In this document: positions 51,477-62,859 of the stretch, one piece after another
Layout: each line of letters opens with the position of its first letter
Numbering within the stretch: position 1 is the stretch's first letter
DNA from: Epiperipatus broadwayi
Taxonomy: Eukaryota > Animalia > Onychophora
NCBI GenBank assembly: GCA_028023455.1
Contig: JAQFVV010000003.1
Location: 7,750,001 to 7,814,000 of the forward strand
Length of the DNA stretch: 64,000 nucleotides
Direction of reading: 5' to 3'
The notes under the pieces: generated by a model
What the model saw: the letters and a program-made list of their open reading frames with translations, nothing else
The model's database searches: none
Told to the model about the DNA's origin: nothing
Position numbers and translations under genes: made by a program

Positions 51477-51994
51477 ATTGATTACTCTAGCTTGCTGTGT
51501 GTGGCAATACATATAGTGAGTTTTGCCTGTTTTAACAACAGTTATACACAAGCATAAGAGGTGGTGGTCATGTGATGTTTATTGACTTAAAACCAATCCT
51601 GCCTAATAGGATAGTGGTGGCTATGGTTATTAAAGAACCAAAGACATCAAAATGTATGGGTACTGAACTGGGTTTAGACCCATGTGACTAAGCTAATGGG
51701 CCTGGATTGAAAACATTAAGGTGTTTTCACTTTAAGACTCGTAGTTTTGTAGTTAAATGGAGATAAAAGGTGGTTGCTGGAGGGTTGCATTAGATCCTAA
51801 GATCTAGATGCAGTGCTCTCAGATCCAAGGCTCCTCACTGATGAAGGCCACAAACCAGAAACTAGTCTGGGGATATTGGATGAGTAGGCACTAGATGGGG
51901 ATTTTATGCACAAGCCTTCTGGCATCCATTGATTACTCTAGCTTGCTGTGTGTGGTTAATACATATAGTGAGTTTTGCCTGTTTTAACAACAGT
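51477..51994 (+). mobile_element. PLE pLTR-derived hammerhead repeat (family A): 451-bp unit plus 66-bp tandem overlap
   Basis: Direct repeat 51477-51542 / 51928-51994. Frameshifted LKPIL.NRDSGGY near 51585-51625 resembles a PLE ORF end. Contains the hammerhead at 51832-51873. Confidence 0.8.
51832..51873 (+). ncRNA. Minimal type I hammerhead motif (family A), GUC cleavage triplet at 51865-67
   Basis: TCCTCA-CTGATGA-AGGCCACAAACCA-GAAA-CTAGTC-TGGGGA. Stem I is 6 bp with one GU pair; stem III is the palindrome ACTAGT; stem II is weakened by one change relative to the 62819 copy. Confidence 0.75.
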
Positions 51995-52670
51995 GAATTT
52001 AATTAACAACAAAAAAAAAAAAAGCAGCAGTACTATTTACATAATAATTCACTGTGTACATAAATATATGCAATAATTAAAAGAATCAAAACTAAGATTT
52101 TGATGCTTTGCAAACTTGTAATCCAATAGCTACTCTTCAAAAATTAGTTTAATGTTTGAAAGTCCTAAAATTGCATATTAGTAGTTGAAATGATTGTCTA
52201 TCTTATATATATCTAAATGAGCTCCAATTTATAATCAATATATTATAAGTTAGTATTGGATATAAATGAATATAAAATTTAACAGTGAAAATATACCTGT
52301 AGGATTTCAAGTTTTTAGTAACACTATTTTTTTTCTTTTTCTAAATATGTCAAATACTATGCATCTTAACTCTTGAATTATCTAACAAAGATAAAATAGT
52401 AACCATGTTGATTTATTTGAAGAAAAAGATTAGAAACTTTTGTATGTCTTAGGATTCTAATTTAACTGCATAAGCATTGATATTTTTTTTAATTTGTAGA
52501 ATTAAATTTCATATTAATTTTGCTGTAGAAATATTAACTTAAAGACAATTTCAATATTAAAGCTGATAATATTATGTGTCAATCTAAATATGTATTGAAT
52601 CAACCACAATTTTGTTAATTTTTTATCGAAATTTTTATATAACTTCAATTTCTTGAGACTGATATATATA

Positions 52671-52671
<1 letters not shown>

Positions 52672-52704
<33 letters not shown>

Positions 52705-52801
52705 CCCCTCTTTTTCCCCTTTCCTTCCCCCTCCCCCCCCCCCCCCCCTCTTCCTTTTTCCCCCCCCCTTCTTTCTCTCTTTTTTTTTTTTTTTTTTTCT
52801 T
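52672..52801. repeat. Poly-C/poly-T pyrimidine tract
   Basis: ~130 bp composed almost only of C and T, following (TA)n. Confidence 0.85.
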
Positions 52802-55262
52802 TAAAAATTTAAAATTTTTATTTTATTAATAACATATATACACACATAAAGCACTTACTGATATCCAAGACAGTTTGAGAACTCCAGAGACAAGCACCCA
52901 ACTTAAAGTTCAAAAAATGTTTTTCTCTTTTACTCACTCATCATGCAAGAATTTGGGCAAATTATTACTGATATTGGTTTCACTGCAACTATGAATGTAA
53001 TTATCCTAAACTGATTAGTTCCCCTTTTTTTTAGTTAACATGTTTTTCAATTCTTTTGTCTGTAAAAAATTTTCAGAATTCTTTTAAACAAGCAATAACA
53101 TATCAAACTTTTTTTGTTAATAATTTAATTACTGCTTTTCAATAAACAGTTTATAGTAACAAATAATCTTTATCAATAAAGAGAATTACTTTGTGGTCAA
53201 ATTTAAAATGAAATAAAAACACTGTTTTTAGCTTTTTTTATACATAATTTGGAGTTAATTAAAAAGAAGAAAATCAATTTTTTTTAACATATAAAATTAT
53301 ATAAATTGTATTTGTTATTTACTTAATTAAAGTTATAAAAATACAAAAGATTTAATTTTAAAAAAAAGTTAAGAGAAATTTTTCAGATAGCATAATTCTA
53401 TATTTGATGTATTATTTCTATCGTGACTTGAAATCTTAATAATTCAATATATCTTCAAACTACAACTAATTTTTAAAGACATCTATATTATATCTGAACT
53501 AGATTATAATATATTAATAGCCATAATGATGTTAAGCTTGTGCATCATATTATTTATCTATTTAAATTCTATGCCATACTTATTTGAATGTTCATTATAT
53601 CATTTGTTGTTTTTAATGAACTATGCTTCTTTATTAATTTTTCTATCATTTCATTCTTCATTCCTTGGTTAAAACCATGACTTTTGTTTTCTTATAATTT
53701 TTTTTCTCTTTTATATTGACATGTGTATTAAACAGTATGCAATTGTAGATTAGTTTTTGTCTCAACAAAATAAATACTGGACAAATAGGGATTGTTGCTG
53801 CATTAAACAGCATTGCATTTGGATGATCACCTGATATAGAGAATATTGTAGAATGTAGCAACAATCCTATTTATTCATTTGTCATTTTTGGTAAGGCAAA
53901 AGCTAACTTAAGATTTTGTATTTCTCAAAATACATTAACATAAAAGAGTTTTTTTTTAAAGAGAGAGAGATAGAGATTAAATTATTGTTTTTAAAGCATA
54001 AGCAGCAAGTCATTTTTTGATGCAGGAAAAACTAAAATTATATGTAAAAAGTGAAATGATAAAAAAGAAAACTAAGGAAGCATGTTCTTTAAAAATGAAA
54101 ATGATTGATGAATTAATAGCAAGTAGCATTCAAATTAATACTACAGCATGGACTTTAAATAGATAAGCAATATGATGTGTAAGATTTAAATCATTAATAT
54201 CATGAATGTGTTATGCTGTAAGATATGCAAAGTTGGCTCAATTATAATATAAATTGAACGATTGATTACATTAAAAATTACTTTTTGTTTCAAGATTTTA
54301 AAATGTATAATTTTGCAAAGAAGGGTGAGGGATTATTATATATTTTATACAGATTTATTTTGAAAATTGATATTTTTTTTAAAGAAAAAATTGTTATAAT
54401 TATGTGTCATTAAATACTTAAATGGCCATTAATTAATATTTTTATTAAGCTACATATTATTAATTTTTGTTTGATCTTAGATAAAGAAAAAGTCTTTCAA
54501 AATGTATATATATGTTGAAACAAAGATTTTTACCTTTTACAAATATAAATGACATTATTTAGATTTATCTATGTATGATTCAAAGTAAAATTGTACCGAT
54601 ATTTTGACTGACTCACATCTACCATCAACTGCCAAATAATATTATAAAGGAACCATTGTAAAGGCATTGTAAGCATTGATGTATGATAAACTTAAAATTC
54701 AGTCATTAGAAAACAAAAAAAATGTTAAAATATAAAAGTGGAGATGAAATGATAGAAGATAAGAAAAAAATAATAATATAAAAACAATTGTTATTTATTT
54801 AGATTGAGTTTTAAAAAAAATTTCGAAATGGAAGTTAGTTTACATATATTATCACACTTTATAATACAATCTGATTTTTAAGCAACTCAATAGCTTCTTT
54901 TATTTATTTTTTTTAGTGGAGAATGATACATCTGGATATGATTCTGGTGTTTGAAAATCTGTTATGACCAATATTCATGTCATGGAGTGAGAATGCCAAT
55001 AATAATGAGTGCTGTTTTATTTCATTAGCATATCTCTTCCACTCTGATGCAATGATTGCTCATACTCATGTAAGAGGCTCTACAAACTCAACTTGAGATT
55101 TCATAAATTCTATGGGCCACAAGAGAGATTGAGTACTTAGCCATGGACAAAATGTTACCAATTTTTTGGTTAATTGGTATATATATATTTATTTTATGAA
55201 TAACATTTTAAAATACATCCAGTTTTGTTTGTTATTTCTTTTATATAAGGAATACTGACTGT

Positions 55263-55454
55263 TATTAAAACAGGCAAAATGCTCCATACAATAGTGCTAG
55301 TCAGTGCAAGCCAGAGTAATCAATGGAGGAAACAAGCTAGACACTACTCTGGGAATATTGGATGAGTAAGCACTAGATATGGATTTTTAAGCCTTGATTA
55401 CTCTGGCTTGCACTGAGTGGCACTATTGTATGGAGAGTTTTGTCTGTTTTAATA
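55263..55454. mobile_element. Short family-A fold-back (61-bp arms, 70-bp spacer holding the post-cleavage segment)
   Basis: 55263-55323 is the diverged reverse complement of 55394-55454. The spacer contains tctgggaatattggatgagtaagcactaga. aatactg is duplicated at both flanks. Confidence 0.75.
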
Positions 55455-55566
55455 CTGGTTCTAATAACTGCAATTTTTTTTTGTCTTGCCTTTTATTATT
55501 TTGTTTACAATTATTTTATTATAACCATTAACTATAATAACTATTTTATTTCACCTTTATTTTGTA

Positions 55567-55826
55567 ATTAATAACATGCTGATGCATTGCAGTGAAACTT
55601 TTTTATATAATAATTTCTGTAGGCTTTCAATATCATAATTTCTGCAGACTAAGTCTTTCAGAGTTTTGTTACTCCATAATCATAGTCTCTTAGATTATTA
55701 ACGTCATTATATGCAAATGTATGCAAAACTCTGAAAGTGCTTAGTCTGCAGAAATTTTGATATTGAAAGCCTACAGAAATTATTATATAAAAAAGTTTCA
55801 CTGCAATGCATCAGCGTGTTATTAAT
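55567..55826. repeat. Fold-back element with ~102-bp arms and ~55-bp spacer
   Basis: 55567-55668 is the near-perfect reverse complement of 55724-55826. attaataac occurs at both ends. Confidence 0.85.
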
Positions 55827-56798
55827 AACCATTAACTAATAAGATATTATTTATATAATTTACTTTCTGATTTGTCTGAAAGATTAATTACTCTAGCAAA
55901 GAGAGTTTTACAATTGGAAAAATCTGAATTGCATTATGATGAAGTAACTAACTACATGTGTAGTTTTTCTGAAAACATAAAAAGATTATATCAAAGAAAA
56001 TAGATATTTACAATTTTTATCTCATCATCACAGTTTAAATCTTTTCTATTGCCAAAATTTTCTTTACTAGAGTAGTTAAGTTTTCAAATAAATTAGACCT
56101 AAAAGAAGTAAATTATATGAGTAACATCTTATCACTAATAGTTATAATAAAGTAAAACATAAATAAAAACTTAATTCAGGGTAAAAATAATCATAATAAA
56201 AAAATAAGAGAAGGAAAAAATGCATACTCATATTGCAGACAGTATTGGGCATATTCTAAAATGCGAGAACATAAACACAACATATATCACTTACCAAAAA
56301 ATTGGTAACATTCTATCCAAGTCTAATGACTTAATCCCTTATGAAACCCATGCAGTTTTTGAAATCTCATATGAAGTTTCTGGAGCCTTTCACATGGATA
56401 AAAGCAATAATTACTATGAATATTAGTCATAAGTTAGATTTTCCAAACACTATGCATCTTATCCAGAAATGATATTCTTCACCAGATAAAAATTTAAAAA
56501 AACTAGTAAAATCCTTTAAAAAGTAGATTGCATCAACAAATGTGATCATAAATATAAATTATCTTCTATTTTAAAAAATTGTAAACTCATTAATTCAAAT
56601 AGATATTGATTTTTATACTGTTTTTTTTTTAATTTACTATCATTCCATCTTCATTTTTATATTTTAAAATTTTTTGTTCATTTTCTATTGGTTGAATCTT
56701 TAATCTTATCTTACATCAATGTTTGCTGTGCCTCTACAACAGTTTTTTAAATATAATTTATTACCCAGTACATAAATGAATTAATATGTCATTTATAT

Positions 56799-57024
56799 AG
56801 GTACTGGTTAGTTAGCTATACTGTGCCGCTAGGCGACGCTGCAGTAACCATTAAGAAGCATGCAAGTGATAAATTTCTATCCAAGAAATAGCTGAAATTG
56901 ATGTAAAATTAAAATGCCTAAGGCAAGAAATCGAACAAATTGTTCTAAAATACAAATCAAAAAGAAATCTAAGAAACCACTCTAAAATACAAATTACAAA
57001 AACAGAGCTAACTAACCAGTACCT
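56799..57024. mobile_element. MITE-like element, 19-bp perfect TIRs, 6-bp TTATAT flanking duplication
   Basis: AGGTACTGGTTAGTTAGCT at 56799-56817 and its complement at 57006-57024. ttatat at 56793-98 and 57025-30. Confidence 0.65.
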
Positions 57025-57868
57025 TTATATTATATATATATTACTGCTGTATTAATTATTGATTTTCCACAAACTCTTTTTGTTAAAATATATAGATTAG
57101 ATTGTCCTTTTATTCACTTCATTGTTATTCAAAATATTGTGTTAGTTTAATAATTTTTCAAGTTGTCTTGTTTAGTTTTTTTGTTTTGTTCCTTTAATAC
57201 AATCTCCCCTCTCCCCAGTACTATAGCCATATGTTTGAAATTTTCGGGTAGTTAATCATAATTTCTAAACAGATGTAGATTAAAACAAAAATCAAAATGA
57301 GAAATGAATCAGAAAAATGAGTCTATATTTTACTTGAGAAACTTTTTTTTTTAAGAGAGAGGAGGTGCAACTAAAGAGAAAATTCCTATATGTGTAAAAA
57401 AAAAATGCATCATAGATGTAAAATAACCAAAGGAATAAAAATGATGACATCTGTAGATCAAAAAAAAAAAAAAGAATCTAATAATTTATTTTTATAGTCA
57501 TACATATAAATTTCTCCAAATCACTTTATTTAAACCTCTGATGTCCAAGTGCTTAATTTACTCTATTAGCAAATATATTATTTTTTTTATCATTTTTGAA
57601 TTCTCTCAAATAGATTTGTATTTAATTTCTAAATTCAGCACATACCAATTTCTTTCATCTTTTTAACTTGCCATATTCATTTTTCTCCAATTTTATATCA
57701 AAAATATGTTCCTGATTTTTTTTATTTCTATCTTAATAAAACAAATGTAATACTTTCTCCAGAATATAGGGGATTTGAACTCAGACTTTTAAGCACCCTT
57801 CAGTTATCCACACTATCTCAAACCATTGATACGCATGCCCACACACATGTAGAAAAGATAAATAATCA

Positions 57869-57910
57869 CCAATATACGTATTTCGTACTGAACCAGCACT
57901 CATCCGTTGG
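57869..57910 (-). ncRNA. Family D hammerhead motif, degenerate (CGGATGA core)
   Basis: The minus strand reads CCAA-CGGATGA-GTGCTG(GTT)CAGTAC-GAAA-TACGTATA-TTGG. The preceding gagatgat..ctgg matches 34755-34770. Confidence 0.65.
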
Positions 57911-58228
57911 TCCAGATTATCATCTCCCACACATATATATAATCAGTGCTCAGTTTATATGAAGAATGCCTGTATTTCAAATATTTTCTCTCTCTAGACT
58001 AAATATTTACTCTCTCCAGACTAAATATTTAAATCTTTTTAATTCCAAATGTGATAATCTATGAAGTGTATATTTTTCTCATCTCCTCTCCCTTTTTCAT
58101 CGTTAATTAGACAACTGTTTAAATACTTAAAATAGTAACCTATTTTAAAATTCTTTAATAAGCATATAAAAATTTTATTTTCATATACACATTTAATAAA
58201 TTATTTCCTAATGATTTTTTTTTTTCAG

Positions 58229-58253
58229 GATGCCATTTTCAGAGCAGGTTAAG
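58229..58253 (+). CDS. EOGT: EOGT-like 25-nt micro-exon (R-MPFSEQVK)
   Basis: T12-CAG acceptor and AAG/GTAAGC donor. Completes AG|G in phase with exon 37987 and corresponds to the EOGT x-x-F-x-x-Q-x segment preceding the HGAGL motif. Confidence 0.8.
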
Positions 58254-59887
58254 GTAAGCATGTGTTGTTATATATATTTAAATGTTCTAATTAAAAAACA
58301 GCTTGAGATACTTAGGATTATATCTAAAGAATCATTATTGATAATAATTAGTGTTTGACTGCTTCCTCTCATTGAAAAATATTCTATTTAGAGATGCATT
58401 ATAAATTTTATGGCAGTGACATATTTATAGATGACAATTAGTCATCTTAATCCCTATATGTATCCAAAAGTCTTCTAAATTATATCTAATTTACAATTGA
58501 CAGTAATCATCTTTACATTCTACTATTTCAAATCTATGAATATCAGAGATAGTTCAGACCAAACCATAAATTAGTTTCTAGCAACTCCAGTAACCAGATA
58601 GTAGTCTGGAGGCATGAGCAGACTATTATATGGTAACTACTGTCTATCCATGCTTTCTGAAATGTCTCTTGGGTAGTCATACAAATTAGATTGTTGCCTC
58701 ATGGTGTTATGGATAACATCTATCTCTCACCCCACATCCTTCTGACTAAGAATAGCTAGACCAGGTGCACTCTGGATAAGTGAGACATGTTAAATATGCT
58801 TGGGAATACTCTAGTATTTGATAAACTTTTAAGCTTCTTTCTCATTTTAATTCATAGACATAAATAGACAAATGCATTAATCACTGCACTTTTTGGGTTT
58901 TTTATAAGTATGCATAGCTTGTCTATGTTTAATGAAAAATCCCTTAAAATATAAAATGCAACGTTTTTAGTTATTTAAAATGTTGGTATTTTTAATATTA
59001 TAATCTTCCAAATTAAGATAAAATATTTTCACATGAAAAAATACAGCAGCCAGACAATGTTGAATATGGCTTTATTTATTTATTTATTCTAAATAAATTA
59101 ATTTCAAATAAATACTTACAAAATGTATATAGAGAAAAGCTTTATTTTATCCTACACAGTATGCTTAGCATGCTTTCGACTACCTGGTATATATTTATTT
59201 TGAATTACATTGTTCCGAGAAAAGTTTATTAAAATTTCGAAGTTACTACATAAATTAGAAAAAAATATACATTTCTTTTTTAATTAATCAACACTAGCAA
59301 ACACACAAAGAATTTGTTATATTTATATGTATGTAAACATAACAGCACTTACATGTAAAAAGTGCTTTTATTAACTCATTTGAAGTCATTAAAATATATA
59401 TAATTAGTGCTCCAATATCTAGGAAGTATATCTAGGTAGATAAGTGTGTTTAGGTTCAAACCTTCAGTTGTTTAAAAATTCCAATCATTAGTTTAATAGA
59501 AGGAAAATATATTGCTGAATTATTGTAGCATAAACATTACTTCCTACTAAGAATGACCAATAAACATAAATTAGTTTGATATTGTTATCTAATTTCGTTT
59601 AATTATTTATGTTTACATGAATGGATCATGATTTAAATAGTGTGAAGTAAATCACCATCACTAACAAGTTTAGATTAAGTATCTGAAGGAGAAGCTGCCA
59701 AATTGATTTGTTTTATTTTAATCTTAACTAGACAAAGACCTCATCGTCAGAATAAGTTCTGCAGAAAGCTCCTTTATACTGTTTTACTGCCTTCCTACTT
59801 AAGTATCTAAACTAATTAATTAATATTAAAATATCTGTGTTTTCAAGTTTTCAAAAACAATGATTTTCTCTAATATTTCTGATTAGA

Positions 59888-59959
59888 AATCCTTACAAAT
59901 CTATTCAGCTTTAAATGCTTTATTCTCAGTTGGTTATTCTATTAGTCATTTCATTATTC

Positions 59960-59994
<35 letters not shown>

Positions 59995-60198
59995 CACATA
60001 CATATCATTATTCCTCTCTCTCTCTATATATATATATATATTTACATACACACATACATATTTTTTGTAGTGGAAGGTAAATCCTTACAAATCTATTCAG
60101 CTTTAAATGCTTTATTGTCAATTGGTTATTCTATTAGTCATTTCATTATTCCTTTCTCTCTATATATATTTACATACATATTTTTTGTAGTGGAAGGT
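59888..60198. repeat. Recent local tandem duplication containing compound (CT)n(TA)n microsatellites
   Basis: aatccttacaaatctattcagc...gtagtggaaggt occurs at 59888 and 60080, with an extra internal copy of the microsatellite block. Confidence 0.85.
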
Positions 60199-62412
60199 TT
60201 ATATAAGTTTAGGAAGGTTTAAGTTGTTTCCATTTACTTTTTTCCTGCTTTTAAACTATGATCAATGATATGATAATATAGTAGCAGGTATTGAGCAAGG
60301 AAATGTTACATTCTCCAAAAAAAAACTTGCCCACACTGGAAGCAAAATTTTTTATTATATATGTTCATAAAATGAAAATAAACCTTAACTCATTATATTT
60401 TTTGCATATTAATAAATAAATAGCACTAATTAGATTATATGAAATAAAATACTGTATTATTTAATACAAAAATTTATTTTTAATAAAATTCATTGCTTTC
60501 ACCCATGACATATATGTATCATTATTATTTCTAAACATCAACGTACTGGCAAGTTAAAGCTTTCTCTAAGTTTAATCATTTTTCTGGTCTATAGTTTTTC
60601 TTCTCCACATCCATCCATCTCACATCTGGTCAGTTTCTAAATCTTCTAGAATCTCTTGGATCCAGCTTTAAACTTTAACTTCCCATTTGTCATCATCTTT
60701 TCTAGAAATATATCCAGCCCAGCTCCATTACAGTTTCTTAATTCTTTTAATGATATTAGTGATAATTGTTCTCTCACCCACTTTATTTTGTTTTCAATCT
60801 CTTCTTATTATTCCAACATATATGTCTCCATACTCTGTTGATCGGTTTAAAGTTTTTTATTGTTCCTCTGTTCAGTATTCATAAGTAAGAACTGGTAAAA
60901 GACATTTATGAAAAATCTTACTTTTAAAACATATATTTTTATCAAAATTACTCCCTCCAAGTTTAATTCTGTGATTAATTTCATGCATTACATTTCTATC
61001 TGTAGTAATAATCTGAGTAAGGTATTTGTAATTGTTAATTTCTTCTAATTCATAATTATCAATGTTTTTTTTTCTGAGGAAACCCATTGAGCATTAATGT
61101 TTTTAGTATTTATCTTTAGTCCTACTTTCTTATTTTCTTTGATAACTCTTATAACATTTGATGAAGCTATGATGTATTGTTTGCAAAAACAGTTATATCA
61201 TCTGCAAAATCTTCATATCTATGTATTTTTTCCATTTTAAATTACAAATTTTTTTAAAACTGTTGTAAAATATTTTGAGAGAATGGGATTATTATAATAT
61301 ACTTTTATTAATTTTGATCTTCATAATGTGACCCTGTAATATATTGCTACTATTGCATTTTGATAATTTCAGAAAATGACATTATTTTAGATCTATATTT
61401 TAATAATCTAAAGCTTTAATCATTGTTGAAATGCTCATTGTATGGAGTGCCTTTTCATAATCTACAAATTTAAAATATGGTAACTCATATATATACATTA
61501 GTCTTTTCTATAACTTCTCTCAATATTTGGATATAATCCACTGAATTCAACTTGTTTTTTTTTTTTGCTTGAGTTCAAATTTTGCTGTGAATAAATTGTA
61601 ATTACCTTGATAATTTTATATAGAATTGATAGGTTTGTAATTTCTAATACCTTTTTTATCATCAATCTTGAATATAAATATTACTACTGCATTTTTTTCC
61701 AATTATCTGCTACTTCTTTATCATTTAGACATTTACATATATAGTTTTGCAGCAATTTTTCTAGTTCTTCACTTTCTTCTTTTAAGACATCAATAATAAT
61801 TTCATCATTAAGTGGAGTTTTCCCCTTCATTATAGATTTAATTGCATTTATAACTTCTTCATTTAAATTGGCAATTCAAAAATTATAATAATTGTAGGAA
61901 TTATTTTGATTTCTTATTATTTATTGTATGAATTACTTTATTTTCTTGCTCTTTATTACTATTTAACTATTTATAGAATCCTTCCCCATATTTTATGATG
62001 TCATCTCCCTTTTTAGTAGTAGTTTTATCTTATTGATGATACAATCTTTCTTAAGATGTTGATTTATAATGTTGAGACTTTTATTTTTTTCTAATTTTCC
62101 TTGCCAATTCCCAGTTATATTTCTTCACATTATTCTTTTTCAAACCATTTTATAAAACTCAAAATATTCAATTTTTTAAATGGCTCATTTTAAAATATTT
62201 TCAATATTCTTTCTTTTCTTCATTTATGGGTAAATTGTTGCCTTTTTAAACTAATAAACCTCACATGATCACCATTTCTTATGCTTGCTTATAACTGTTT
62301 TAAAACAGTCAAAACTCTCTATACGTATTGCCACTCAGTTCAAGCCAGAGTAATCAATGGATGCCAGAAGGCTTGTGCATAAAATCCTCATCTAGTATCT
62401 ACTCATCCAATA

Positions 62413-62453
62413 TCCCAGACTAATTTCTGACTTGTGGCCTTCATCAGTGAGAA
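62413..62453 (-). ncRNA. Family A hammerhead motif (minus arm)
   Basis: TTCTCA-CTGATGA-AGGCCACAAGTCA-GAAA-TTAGTC-TGGGA. Confidence 0.65.
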
Positions 62454-62818
62454 GCCTTGGATCTGAGAGCACTGCACCTAGATTTTAGGATCTAATGCAA
62501 CCCTCCAGCAGTCACCTTTTTTCTCTACTTTACTACAAAACTATGAGTCTTAAATTGAAAACACTATAATATTTTCAATCCAAGCTCAGTAGCCTATATA
62601 GTCATAGATCTGAACTCAGTTCAAAATGTATAAAATGAATAGGTACTGAACTGAGTGCAGACCTATATGACTATATAGGCTACTGAGCTTGGATTGAAAA
62701 TATTATAGTGTTTTCAATTTAAGACTTGTAGTTTTGTAGTAAAGTAGAGAAAAAAGGTGACTGCTGGAGGGTTGCATTAGATCCTAAGATCTAGGTGCAG
62801 TACTTTCAGATCCAAGAC

Positions 62819-62859
62819 TCCTCACTGATGAAGGCCACAAGCCAGAAACTAGTCGGGGA
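62819..62859 (+). ncRNA. Family A hammerhead motif (plus arm)
   Basis: TCCTCA-CTGATGA-AGGCCACAAGCCA-GAAA-CTAGTC-GGGGA. Stem II GGC/GCC is intact; the first base of stem I 3' is missing. Confidence 0.7.

Noticed and set aside
52672-52801. Poly-C tract as a functional G4/triplex element
   Set aside because: Irregular homopolymer runs are equally consistent with low-quality consensus; this cannot be judged without reads.
53658-53890. ORF 53658- and an 18-bp inverted repeat
   Set aside because: No family similarity, no phase fit with EOGT, and the repeat is short enough to be chance.
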